Source: an uncultured Planctomycetota bacterium (GTDB lineage Bacteria; Planctomycetota; Planctomycetia; Isosphaerales; Isosphaeraceae). From it: DNA of 64,000 nucleotides. Positions within the stretch are counted from its first letter, which is position 1. Every line of letters starts with the position of its first letter. The stretch covers positions 5,779,188-5,843,187 of the forward strand of contig CAVTTN010000002.1 in assembly GCA_963737655.1 (NCBI GenBank), given 5' to 3'. The notes beneath the pieces were generated by a model. It was not told the origin of the DNA. It saw only the letters and a list, made by a program, of their open reading frames with translations, and did no database searches. Both the position numbers and the translations under genes were made by a program. Shown piece by piece: positions 9,394 through 18,648 of this stretch.

Positions 9394-9930
9394 TCAGTGA
9401 GTCGCCTCGGCCGGAGGGCGGATCATCGTCCCGGGATTGGGGGCGGGGCGGTTGGGCGAGCTTGGGCGAGCCTCGCGGACCTCCGGGGAGGAGTCGGCGA
9501 CGGCGGTTTCCTCGACCGGCGCGGCGACCGGCGGGGTCGGGGCCGGGCGGGCGGCCTTCGTCGAGGACTTCGGGCCCAGGGCCAGGGGCCCCCCGGGTCG
9601 AACGGCCGTCCAGGAGCCGAACGCCACGAGGGCGAGGCAAGCGGCGAGACCCAGGGGGATCGGGCGGAACAGGGGGAAGCGGATGGGCCGCTCGCGCCTC
9701 CGCTCGCGGATCTCGCGGGCGAGGTCCGGCCAGAGCGGCCGAGGTTCGGCTAAGGGGACGGCGAAGCCTCCGGCGACCCGGAGGAGGCCGACGGACCGCC
9801 TCAGCCCGTCCAGGCGGCTGCGGCAGTCTCCGCAGCCGATCAGGTGGCGCTCGGCCCTTCGGCGCTGGGCCCGGTGAGCTCCCCCCGGCGAGCAGGGGGA
9901 GCCTGGGCCGGGCCCAGGAGCAGACGTCAT
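9394..9930 (-). CDS. anti-sigma factor (zf-HC2-like, one transmembrane segment)
   Basis: HLIGCGDCRSRLDGL motif and TM segment PIPLGLAACLALVAF. ATG 9930 overlaps the sigma-gene stop (ATGA), indicating translational coupling. Confidence 0.7.
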   Translation of the reverse strand: MTSAPGPGPGSPCSPGGAHRAQRRRAERHLIGCGDCRSRLDGLRRSVGLLRVAGGFAVPLAEPRPLWPDLAREIRERRRERPIRFPLFRPIPLGLAACLALVAFGSWTAVRPGGPLALGPKSSTKAARPAPTPPVAAPVEETAVADSSPEVREARPSSPNRPAPNPGTMIRPPAEATH

Positions 9931-10622
9931 TCCACATCGCAAGCCTCCTCGGCATCGCCGGGCGTTTCGGGATCGGTCGGGGCGCCCTGACGGCGCTCCC
10001 AGTGCTGGCGGAACAGGTCGCGGGCCTTGGAGAGCCTCCAGCGGATCGTCGCCTCCCGACGGCCGACGATCGCGGCGACTTCCGCCGAGCTGAACCCCTC
10101 CAGGTCTCTCAGGACCAAGATCGTGCGGTACGGTACGGGTAAACGATCGAGAACGAAGCGGACTTCCTGCACCAATTCTTCGCGGAGCCGGGGGTCGGGG
10201 TCGGGCACGTCGATGGCCCGGGCCGCCCCGGGGCGGGGCCGGTCGATCGACGAGGCCGGGGGGCCGTCGTGGCGGCGGAGCTGGTCCAGCCCCAGGTTCA
10301 CCCCCACCCGGAACAGCCAGGGGCCGAACCGGCGGGACGTGTCGAACCGATCCAACCGATTGTAGACTTTCCAGAACGTTTCCTGGGCGAGGTCGCGGGC
10401 GAGCTCCTCGTCGTGGACGAGGCGATACAGGACGCGGAGGAGCTTGCGTTCGTAGCGGGCGACGAGGACGGCGAAGGCCGAGTCGTCGCCGTCTCGGGCG
10501 AGCTCGACGAGCCGGGCGTCCCCGGCGTCCTCGGGTCGAGGCGAGGGGGCAGGAGAGGCCTCGGCGCCTCGACGGGTCGTGTGGTCCGGCCCGGGACGGC
10601 CCGGATCGGCGGAATTCCGCAT
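9927..10622 (-). CDS. ECF (sigma-70 family) RNA polymerase sigma factor
   Basis: Region 2 FAVLVARYERKLLRVLYRLV...DLAQETFWKVYNRLDRFD and region 4 YRTILVLRDLEGFSSAEVAAIVGRREATIRWRLSKAR. ATG at 10622. Confidence 0.9.
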   Translation of the reverse strand: MRNSADPGRPGPDHTTRRGAEASPAPSPRPEDAGDARLVELARDGDDSAFAVLVARYERKLLRVLYRLVHDEELARDLAQETFWKVYNRLDRFDTSRRFGPWLFRVGVNLGLDQLRRHDGPPASSIDRPRPGAARAIDVPDPDPRLREELVQEVRFVLDRLPVPYRTILVLRDLEGFSSAEVAAIVGRREATIRWRLSKARDLFRQHWERRQGAPTDPETPGDAEEACDVE

Positions 10623-10707
10623 CGCATGTCCCTCCGGCCGCGCAGTATCATACGGGGGCGGGCCTCTCCGCGTTGGAGGTTTTTCCGGGATCGGATCGTC
10701 GCCCGCC

Positions 10708-11641
10708 ATGCCCGGCCCGTTTCTGGACGTCCGGCCGTGCCCCGAGGAGGACCGCCCCGCCGCCCTGGCGGTGCTGTACCGGCGGATGCCGGAGTCCCTG
10801 CGCCCCCGGCTCGTCCGCGACGCCCTGGAGGACGCGGCCGACGGGCTGATCGACCTGACGGGCCTCTGGGTGGCGTCGGCCCGGGGCCGGATCGCCGGCG
10901 TCCTGCTCTCCCAGACGCTGGTGGGCCAGGCCGGGGCGGTCTGGGCCCCGGAGGTCGTCTCGCCGTGGGGCCGGCGGCGAGTGGCCGCGGCCCTGGTCCG
11001 CTCGGCCCTGGAGGACATGACCCGTCGCGGCCTGCGGATCGCCCAGGCCCTGGTCGATCGCACCGGCCCGAGGTCCGCCAGCGGCGACCTGATCCGCGGT
11101 GGGATGCCCCGAGTTACCCATCTAACCTACATGGCCCGCCCGACCAAGACGCCGCTGCTCCTCCCTCCCTCCACCCCGCAATTCCGGTGGGCGAGCTACG
11201 GGCCGGAGACCGACGGCGAGTTCCGGGCCATCCTGGGGGCGACCTACGAGGGCAGCCTGGACATGCCCGAGCTCGAAGGGGTCCGCTCGCTCGATGACGT
11301 CCTGGCCAGCCACCAGGCCAGCGGCCGGTTCGACCCGAGGCGATGGCGGATCGGCCGGCTCGACGGCGAGCCCGAGGCCGGCGGGATCGTGTTGTTGACC
11401 GATCAGCCCGAGCGCGAGTCGTGGGAGGTCGCCTATCTCGGCCTGGCCCCCAGGGCAAGAGGGCGAGGGGCTCGGCCGGGCCGCCCTGGCCCATGCCCTG
11501 GACCTGGCCCGGGGGATCGTCCCTCGCCTGGAGCTCGCCGTGGACGCCCGCAACAAGCCGGCCGAGCGGCTCTATCGCAGGGCCGGGTTCGTCCCGTTCG
11601 ACAAACGGGCCGTCCACCTGAAGATCCTGGCCGCTCCGTAG
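10708..11641 (+). CDS. GNAT-family acetyltransferase (frame broken at 11467-11470 as assembled)
   Basis: After the GGGG run, the next frame gives GNAT motif A and its tail: RGRGLGRAALAHALDLARG...ELAVDARNKPAERLYRRAGFVPFDKRAVHL, stop 11639-11641. Confidence 0.7.
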
Positions 11642-11690
11642 TGGGGTCGAGCGGGGGCGGCCCGCCGAGGACGCGAGATCCTTGCTTTGG

Positions 11691-11828
11691 GGAGAACTCC
11701 AGGCAATTCACCACCAAGCCACAAAGAGCACGAAGGAGGACACAAAGAAGAGCGTGGATTGGGTACGTCTTTGTGGCTTCCTTCGTGCTCTTTGTGGCTT
11801 CGTGGTGAATTGCCTGGAGGTTTCTCCG
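11691..11828. repeat. long imperfect palindrome (family E)
   Basis: ~48-nt arms GGAGAACTCCAGGCAATTCACCACCAAGCCACAAAGAGCACGAAGGAG / ...CTTCGTGCTCTTTGTGGCTTCGTGGTGAATTGCCTGGAGGTTTCTCC with 2-3 mismatches or indels. Confidence 0.85.
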
Positions 11829-12335
11829 GAGCGCGAGACCCGGCATCGCTTGCCCGCGACGGCCGACCCCACGTTCGGAATCATCGCGAGCGACGCCCTC
11901 GACGATCACCCAATCCGCCGGCCTCGCCATGCTTCGGGACCAATTCCTAACATCAACACAACTTCCCTTGGAAAATCGTGGATTCAATGCGGCCCCTCGA
12001 AATGTCCGCGACCGGGGCGGGTTTCGGGCCGGTCGGGTCGCGGAGCGATTGGCCGCATCCCCTGAAATGCCCGGAGCTTGCGATTTTCTCATCATGATCT
12101 GCGAACATGCGGTGAATTGTGTGCGCACGACCGACTGCGCACGCGAATCCGGCCTGATTTCCGACCTTTTCGCGATTTTTCGACGAAAAGTGTCGTCAAC
12201 TTCCCGGCGATGGACTCTTGCCGACCTTTGATTTATCCAATTTTTGTTCATGCTAATCTATGATAGCTTATCGGAGTCCAAGATCAGGAGGAACGCAGGC
12301 TTCCCATTTCTCCCGATCACACCAGACCAACGGCG

Positions 12336-12423
12336 GGGTGGCATGCTGACGTCCGCGTAAGCATGTCTTCGATTCGGGCCGCATCCTCGAAGACATGCTT
12401 ACGCGGACGTCAGCATGCCACCC
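12336..12423. repeat. perfect 37-bp-stem palindrome (family C, GGGTGGCATGCT core)
   Basis: Left arm 12336-12372 GGGTGGCATGCTGACGTCCGCGTAAGCATGTCTTCGA is the exact reverse complement of 12387-12423. The loop is 14 nt. Confidence 0.95.
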
Positions 12424-12565
12424 GGCCAGCCACCCCGGAAGTCTCGATTCGAGAGTGGGGCGGGCCGTCCCTCTCGCCGCGAGAAGGGATGTCCAGGACC
12501 GGCCGTTTCGGATACAATGGAACAGTAGTTTCGAGGGATTTCGCGACCCGGGAGGGATCGACCCC

Positions 12566-15243
12566 GTGAGCACCGCCTTGCCGCCGCAGATGCCGCACCT
12601 GCCGACCCCTCCGCTGAACATCGAAGAAGAGCTGAAGGAAAGTTATCTCAATTATGCGATGTCGGTCATCGTCAGCCGGGCCCTGCCGGACGTCCGCGAC
12701 GGCCTGAAGCCCTCGCAGAGGCGCATCCTGGCGGCGATGCTCGACCTGGGCCTCACGCCCGGGGGCTCGACCAGCAAGTGCGCGGGCATCGTCGGCGAGA
12801 CGATGAAGCGCTATCACCCGCACGGCGACAACTCGATCTATCCCACCCTGGCGAGGATGGCCCAGTGGTGGAACATGAGGCATATCCTGATCACCGGGCA
12901 GGGGAACTTCGGGTCGATCCACGGCCTGCCGCCGGCGGCCATGAGGTACACCGAGGCGAAGCTCAGCCCGGTGGCCGCCGAGATGCTGGAAGACATCAGG
13001 CTCGACACGGTGGACTTCCAGCCGAGCTACGACGAGAAGCACTCCGAGCCCCGCGTCCTGCCGTCGAAGTTCCCGAACCTGCTCGTGAACGGCTCGGGCG
13101 GGATCGCGGTGGGGATGGCGACGTCGATCCCGCCCCACAACCTCGGCGAGGTCTGCTCGGCGGTCGTCGCCCTGATCGACAACCCGGCGATCACCCTGGA
13201 CGAGCTCCTGGACCACATCCCCGCGCCGGACTTCCCCACCGGGGGCACCATCTGCGGCCGGTGGGGCAGCCGGCAGGCGTATGAGACCGGCCGGGGGAAG
13301 GTCATCGTCCGCGCCAAGTACGAGATCGAGGAGCACAAGGACGGCCGCTCGCAGATCATCTTCACCGAGATCCCCTACCAGCTCACGAAGGAGCCCCTGC
13401 TCAAGAAGCTGGCCGAGCTCGTCAACGACGGCCGGATCACCGGGGTGACGGACGTGGTGGACGAGTCCGACCGCAAGCAGCCGGTGCGGATCGTGGTGAA
13501 GGTCAAGAAGGGGGAGGACGCCAACGTCATCCTCAATCAGCTCTTCCAGTTCTCCCCGCTCCAGGACTCGTTCAGCATCATCATGCTGGCCCTGGTCGAT
13601 GGACGGCCGCGGACGCTCCCGCTGAAGGAGCTCCTGCGGCTGTTCGTGGAGCACCGGGTCACGGTGATCCGCCGGAGGACGCAGTTCCTCCTGAAGCGCG
13701 AACGGGCCCGGCCCACGTCGTTGAGGGGCTGTTGATCGCCCTGCACTACATCGACGAGATCATCCGGGTGATCCGCTCGTCGGCCAACCCGCCGGAGGCC
13801 CGGGCGCGATTGATGGGCATGGAGGTCTCGGCCCAGGTCCTCCAGAGGGCCCTGGACGACCCCAACGCCCGGGCCGCCGCGAGCCTGACGAAGTTCCAGG
13901 CCGACGCCATCCTCGCCATGAGGCTCCAGCAGCTCACCGGGCTGGAGGCCGACAAGCTCGTCAGCGAGTACCGGGCCCTGAAGGCCGACATCGCCGGCTA
14001 CGAGGCCATCCTCGCCGACGAGCACCGCATCCTCGCCATGATCCAGGACGACATGCGCGAGCTGAAGGCCAAGTACGCCGACGGCCGCCGGAGCCTGGTC
14101 TCCGACGAGGAGCTCGGCGACTACGACAAGGAATTGCTGATCCGCGAGGAGTACATGGTGGTGACCGTCACCAACGACGGCTACATCAAGAGGCTCCCGC
14201 CCAGCACCTACCGGGCCCAGGGTCGCGGCGGACGCGGCGTCTCGGCCACGAACACGCGCGAGGGCGACTTCCTCGAACACATGTTCGTGGCATTGACCCA
14301 CGATTATATTCTTTTCTTCACCGATCGCGGCAAGGTCTACTGGCTGAAGGTGTATGACATCCCGATGGCCTCGCGCACGAGCGGAGGCCGGGCGATCGTC
14401 AACCTGCTGCAACTGGGCGAGGGGGAGAAGATCACCGGGCTGATCCCGGTCCGCGAGTTCTCCGAGGACGAATGCCTGTTCATGGTCACCCGGCGGGGGA
14501 CGGTCAAGAAGACCGACCTGACCGCGTTCCGGAGGCCCCTGGGCCGGGGGATCATCGCCCTTGGCCTGGACGAGGGGGACCAGCTGATCGGGGTGGCCCG
14601 GACCCGGAGCGGGGACCAGGTCGTCCTCTCCACCCGGGACGGCATGGCGATCCGGTTCGACCAGACGGACGTCCGGTCGATGGGCCGTCAGGCGTATGGC
14701 GTGAAGGGGATCAACCTGGAAGAGGGGGACGAGGTGATCGGGATGGTCGTCGCCAGCGGCCAGGACGACGCGGCGAGCCTCCTGACCGTCTGCGCCAAGG
14801 GCTACGGCAAGAGGACGGCCCTGACGGAGTACCGGAGCCAGTCCCGGGGCGGCAAGGGTCTCATTGACATCAAGACGACCGACCGCAACGGCCCGGTCGT
14901 GGCGATCGCCAAGGTGACCGACGCCGATGAGGTCATGCTCACGACGACCGGAGGGATGGTCATCCGCACGAAAGTGGCGGACATCAGCACGATCGGCCGG
15001 AACACCCAGGGCGTCCGCCTGATCCGGGTCGAGGAGGGGGACACGGTCGGCTCGCTCGCGAAGCTGCCCGAGGACGAGCTCAACGGCGGAGACGAGCTGG
15101 AGGGCCTGCCCGACGAGGCCCCGGCCCCCTCGGCGGCCGACGGCGACGGCCACCCGCCCCACATCCTCGACGACGGCGTGGGCCGGGCGGAGGCCGAGGA
15201 CCACATCGACGACCCGGACGCCAACGGCGAGCCCGACGCCTGA
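12566..15243 (+). CDS. gyrA: DNA gyrase subunit A (frame broken at 13710-13711 as assembled)
   Basis: [42 protein letters not shown] and C-terminal beta-pinwheel repeats. The start is GTG 12566 after GGAGGG, or ATG 12590. Listed ORFs 12395..13735 and 13732..15243 join as [21 protein letters not shown] if one G is added. Confidence 0.95.
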
Positions 15244-15293
15244 TCGCGATGCGCCGGGCCGGGCCGGGCCCGGCCGTGTTGACGTGATGATCC

Positions 15294-15329
15294 GGTTGGC
15301 ATGCTCGCGGAGACGTGGGCATGCCAACC
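15294..15329. terminator. hairpin downstream of gyrA
   Basis: 11-bp stem GGTTGGCATGC / GCATGCCAACC with a 14-nt loop, between convergent gene ends. It shares the GGCATGC core with family C. Confidence 0.5.
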
Positions 15330-15338
15330 CCGCCCCGA

Positions 15339-15665
15339 TCACCCGCGCCGGCCTCGTCCGAGGAGATGGACGATCGTGCCGACCGCCGCGCCGATGAGGA
15401 TGCCCCACCCGCAGGTGACGAAGTAGAACCCGAACGGGCCGAGCAGGAGGGCCCGGTCTTGCTCGTCCGCGAGCGAGGGCCATCCCTGGCCGGAGGCCGC
15501 GCGGATCGCGGCGAGGACGGCGCCGATCCCGAGGAGGAGGGCGGCCGGGGGCCCGGCGATCAGGGTGGTCCACTTCAGGCCGAAGCCGACCCCTCGGCGG
15601 ACCGACCGGCCGAGGATGCCCGGCGGCTCGTCGGCGGGTCGGGCGTCGTCCGCGAGGGGGGCGGC
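15339..15665 (-). CDS. possible small two-TM membrane protein (no canonical start in frame)
   Basis: Open frame from TAG (15666-15668) to TGA (15339-15341). It has GC3-rich codons and two hydrophobic segments (LIAGPPAALLLGIGAVLAAI, LLLGPFGFYFVTCGWGILIGAAVGTIVHLL). It is absent from the ORF track because it has no ATG or GTG. Confidence 0.3.
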   Translation of the reverse strand, partial: AAPLADDARPADEPPGILGRSVRRGVGFGLKWTTLIAGPPAALLLGIGAVLAAIRAASGQGWPSLADEQDRALLLGPFGFYFVTCGWGILIGAAVGTIVHLLGRGRRG

Positions 15666-15729
15666 CTAGGGGTTCGCGAGGCCCTCGCCCGGGGCCGAGC
15701 CGGCGGCGGGGCCCGGCCCCGCTCCCCCC

Positions 15730-16455
15730 TCATTTCTTCTTCTTCTTCAGGGCCTCGGCTTCCTCGCACTTCAGGAGCGTGGTCTTGCCGTCGAGGTACC
15801 ACTTGCCTTCGAGATAGATCATGGCGAGGTGGAGGATGTAGGGCGGAGGGGCGGGGGCGTCTCCCCCGGGTGAGGGGGCGATCAGGCTGGCCTGGGCGTC
15901 GAGCGGGACGTCGGTGACCAGCTCCGAGGGCGGCACGAGGCTGACCATGATGTTCTCGCTCGTGCCGGTGCCGTTGTCGCCGACCCGGGGCCGGAAGGTC
16001 TCGACCCACTTGGCCACCTCCCCCTGCGACCCGCCGGAGGCCATGTCGTTCAGGGTGTTCATGTCCTTGTCGATGAACGCCCTGGCGACCACGTTCATCT
16101 TCATGAGGAGCCGTTCCTCGTTGCTCAGCGCCGGCGGCTTCATGTTCATGAAGCCGACGTAGGCCGCGCCGAGCAGGACCAGGCCGCCGAGGGTGTACCA
16201 GACGGCCCGGGGCAGCTCGCTGATCTTCTCGGCGACGATCCCGATCGGGTCGAGCGGCTCGTTGTCGGGCCGGGCCTTCTTGCCGGCCTTGCCGCCCTTG
16301 CCCCCCCGGGACGACGGGGGCTCGCCCAGGACGGGCTTGCCGGTGGCATCGAGATAGAAGACCGCGTCACACTTCTTGCAATGCATCCGGGTGTTGAGCC
16401 GATCCAGAGGGACGTTGCCCCTCCGTCCGCAGCTCGGACACGACATCGGGATCAT
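15730..16455 (-). CDS. zinc-ribbon (MJ0042-type) membrane protein
   Basis: MIPMSCPSCGRRGNVPLDRLNTRMHCKKCDAVFYLD, one TM segment (VWYTLGGLVLLGAAYVGF) and a K-rich C-terminus. ATG at 16455 or 16446. Confidence 0.65.
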   Translation of the reverse strand: MIPMSCPSCGRRGNVPLDRLNTRMHCKKCDAVFYLDATGKPVLGEPPSSRGGKGGKAGKKARPDNEPLDPIGIVAEKISELPRAVWYTLGGLVLLGAAYVGFMNMKPPALSNEERLLMKMNVVARAFIDKDMNTLNDMASGGSQGEVAKWVETFRPRVGDNGTGTSENIMVSLVPPSELVTDVPLDAQASLIAPSPGGDAPAPPPYILHLAMIYLEGKWYLDGKTTLLKCEEAEALKKKKK

Positions 16456-16865
16456 GAAGGCGCTCCGAAGTGGCGGACCCGCATCGCCCCGGGGCCTCGG
16501 TCCCCGGGGAGCCTCATTGTCGGCGGCCGGAGGAGGCCGCCGTCCTCGCCCTGTGCTAGCGTCGGATGCCCTTATTGTGGCATGGGGCGTGCCGAACTTC
16601 GAGTCCCCAGTGTCGGACTTCTCGACGATCCTGCCCATCGCGCGGTCCCCCTGGCCCGTGGACGCGCCGATCCGGGCCCAGGCCCGGACGGTCTTGCCCG
16701 ATCCGCCGCCGTGGGATAGGGTGGCGTCCCTCCCGGCCTGAGCTGGCCCGGCCCGGCCCGACGAACCTCGGCGGGCGATCCCGAGGGGAACCCTAGGTCC
16801 GGGTCCGGCGCGGCGCCCGGCGAATCGTCCGAGACCGAGACCGCGTCCTCCGAGGCGAGCCCGTC

Positions 16866-17837
16866 ATGCGAGCCCTGATCACCGGAGCGACCGGATTCGT
16901 CGGCGGCCACCTGGTCGAGCACCTGGCCGACCGGGGCGACTCGATCGTCGGCCTGTCGGCCTCGGGGCGATGGCCCGACCCCCTGGCGCACCTCGGGCGC
17001 TCGCCCGGCTCGAGGCCTGCGACCTGGCCGACGTCGATCCGGCCGACCTGGCCGACCGGATCGCCCGGAAGCAGCCCGAGGCGATCTATCACCTCGCCGC
17101 CCAGGCCAACCCCCAGGCCAGCGTGGCCGACCCCCGAGGCACCTGGGCCCTGAACCTCGGCGGCACCCTGAATCTGCTCGAGGCGGTGAGGGCCTCGGGC
17201 CTGGCGCCGAAGGTCGTGATCGTCGGCTCGGGCGTCTCCTACGGCAACCCCCCGCCGGAGCTCCTGCCGGTGGGCGAGTCCTGCCCCCTGAGGCCGAACA
17301 ACCCGTACTCGGCGAGCAAGGCCGCGGCCGACCTGCTGGGGATCCAGCACTTCCTCGGCCTGGGCACGCTCTCGGTGATGGTCCGCCCGTTCAACCACGC
17401 CGGGCCGAGGCAGTCGTCCACCTACGTCCTCGGCGGGCTGGCCCGGCAGGTGGCCGAGGTCGAGGCTCGGGATCAAGCCCCGGGTGGAGGTCGGCAACCT
17501 GGAGATCGTCCGCGACTTCACCGACGTCCGGGATGTCGCCAGGGCCTACCGCCTCCTCGCCGAAGACGGCCAGCCGGGCGAGATCTACAACCTCGGGACC
17601 GGCCGGGGGACCAAACTGGCCGACGCCCTGGAGTTCCTCAAGACCAGGGCGAAGGTGCCGATCGAGGTCTTCGTCGATCCGGCGAGGGTCCGGCCCGTCG
17701 ATCAGCCCTTGCTCGTGGCGGACGCGACCAAGCTCCGCCAGGCCGTCGGCTGGGAGCCCCGGTTCACGATCGAGCAGACCCTCGCGGACATGCTCGACGG
17801 CTGGAGGGCCACGCTCTCCAGGCCGTCGGGTGCATGA
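16866..17837 (+). CDS. NAD-dependent sugar epimerase/dehydratase, GDP-mannose-dehydratase/reductase-like (two frame breaks as assembled)
   Basis: [20 protein letters not shown] (Rossmann fold), YSASKAA (YxxxK) and [16 protein letters not shown]. Three listed ORFs (16866.., 16970.., 17484..) join with breaks at ~16995-17005 and 17468. Confidence 0.8.
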
Positions 17838-17976
17838 AATGCACCAACCTCACGGCGGGCGAAGCCCGCCCACCGCGTCTCGGGACGTCCTGCCCTCAAA
17901 AGGAGGGCGGCCGGTGGCCGCCGCAGGGTTGGTGCATTTCATGCACCCGACATGACGGTGCATTTCATGCACCCGA
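17826..17976. repeat. REP-like cluster, family A (one forward and two inverted copies)
   Basis: GGGTGCATGAAATGCACCAACC at 17828-17849 plus GGCGGGC-GAAG-CCCGCC, with inverted copies GGTTGGTGCATTTCATGCACCC (17929-17948) and GGTGCATTTCATGCACCC (17958-17973). The stop codons of both flanking genes lie inside the hairpins. Confidence 0.9.
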
Positions 17977-18519
17977 CGGGGATTTGAACCACCACAGCAA
18001 GAACGCCCCCTGAGCGGCCACCACGGCGGCGAAGGGCAGGAGGAAACCGAGCTTCCTCGTCTTATGTCGGAGAGTGAGCATCGCCAGGAGGGCCGCCGGG
18101 GAGCCGCCGATCAGGGCCAGCCCCAGCAGCACGAGCTCGGGGACTCGCCGTCTCTGGCGGAGGGCCCGGTGCTTGTCCCAGGCATAGACGGCCGCCGTCG
18201 TGGCGTTGACGGCCCCGAGCCAGGCCCAGAGGCCCGAGACGTACATCCCCAGGACGGCCGATCCGCCCACCACGGCGCCGATCAGCCCGACCGCGGCGAA
18301 TTGCGACGGGGTCAAGGACCTCCGCCCCGGCTCCACGCGGGTGGCCCTCGGGCCCTTCTCGGTCGGTTCGGCCAGGAACCGGACGATCTGGCCGACTCGC
18401 AACCGCGCGCCCCCCTCCACGGCCGAGGCGTGGACGAAGACGTCCTTGGGATACCCCCGGGCCCGGACGAAGCCGAAGCCCTTGGCCTCGTCGAAGCTGA
18501 CGACCACCCCGCGATCCAT
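17965..18519 (-). CDS. cold-shock domain + DUF1294 membrane protein
   Basis: VVSFDEAKGFGFVRARGYPKDVFVH (CSD), then AVYAWDKHRALRQRRRVPE...GGSPAALLAMLTLRHKTRK (DUF1294). ATG at 18519. The rest of listed ORF 17965..21657 is an artefact. Confidence 0.85.
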   Translation of the reverse strand: MDRGVVVSFDEAKGFGFVRARGYPKDVFVHASAVEGGARLRVGQIVRFLAEPTEKGPRATRVEPGRRSLTPSQFAAVGLIGAVVGGSAVLGMYVSGLWAWLGAVNATTAAVYAWDKHRALRQRRRVPELVLLGLALIGGSPAALLAMLTLRHKTRKLGFLLPFAAVVAAQGAFLLWWFKSPSGA

Positions 18520-18648
18520 CGTCTTCAATCCTTTCGCCCCGGCCGAAGGAGGTTTGCGGTCCCGCCCCGGCCATGATACCGTCACCTCCGTCGAGGCCCA
18601 CGGCCCTCCCTCCTCTCCCCTCCCGAATCGGCCCGCGAGCGCGCCCTC

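Noticed and set aside
11433-12251. 272-aa minus-strand ORF filling the gap upstream of gyrA.
   Set aside because: Its third codon positions are AT-rich, unlike real genes here. It crosses palindrome E and overlaps the GNAT gene end, and it has no recognisable motif.
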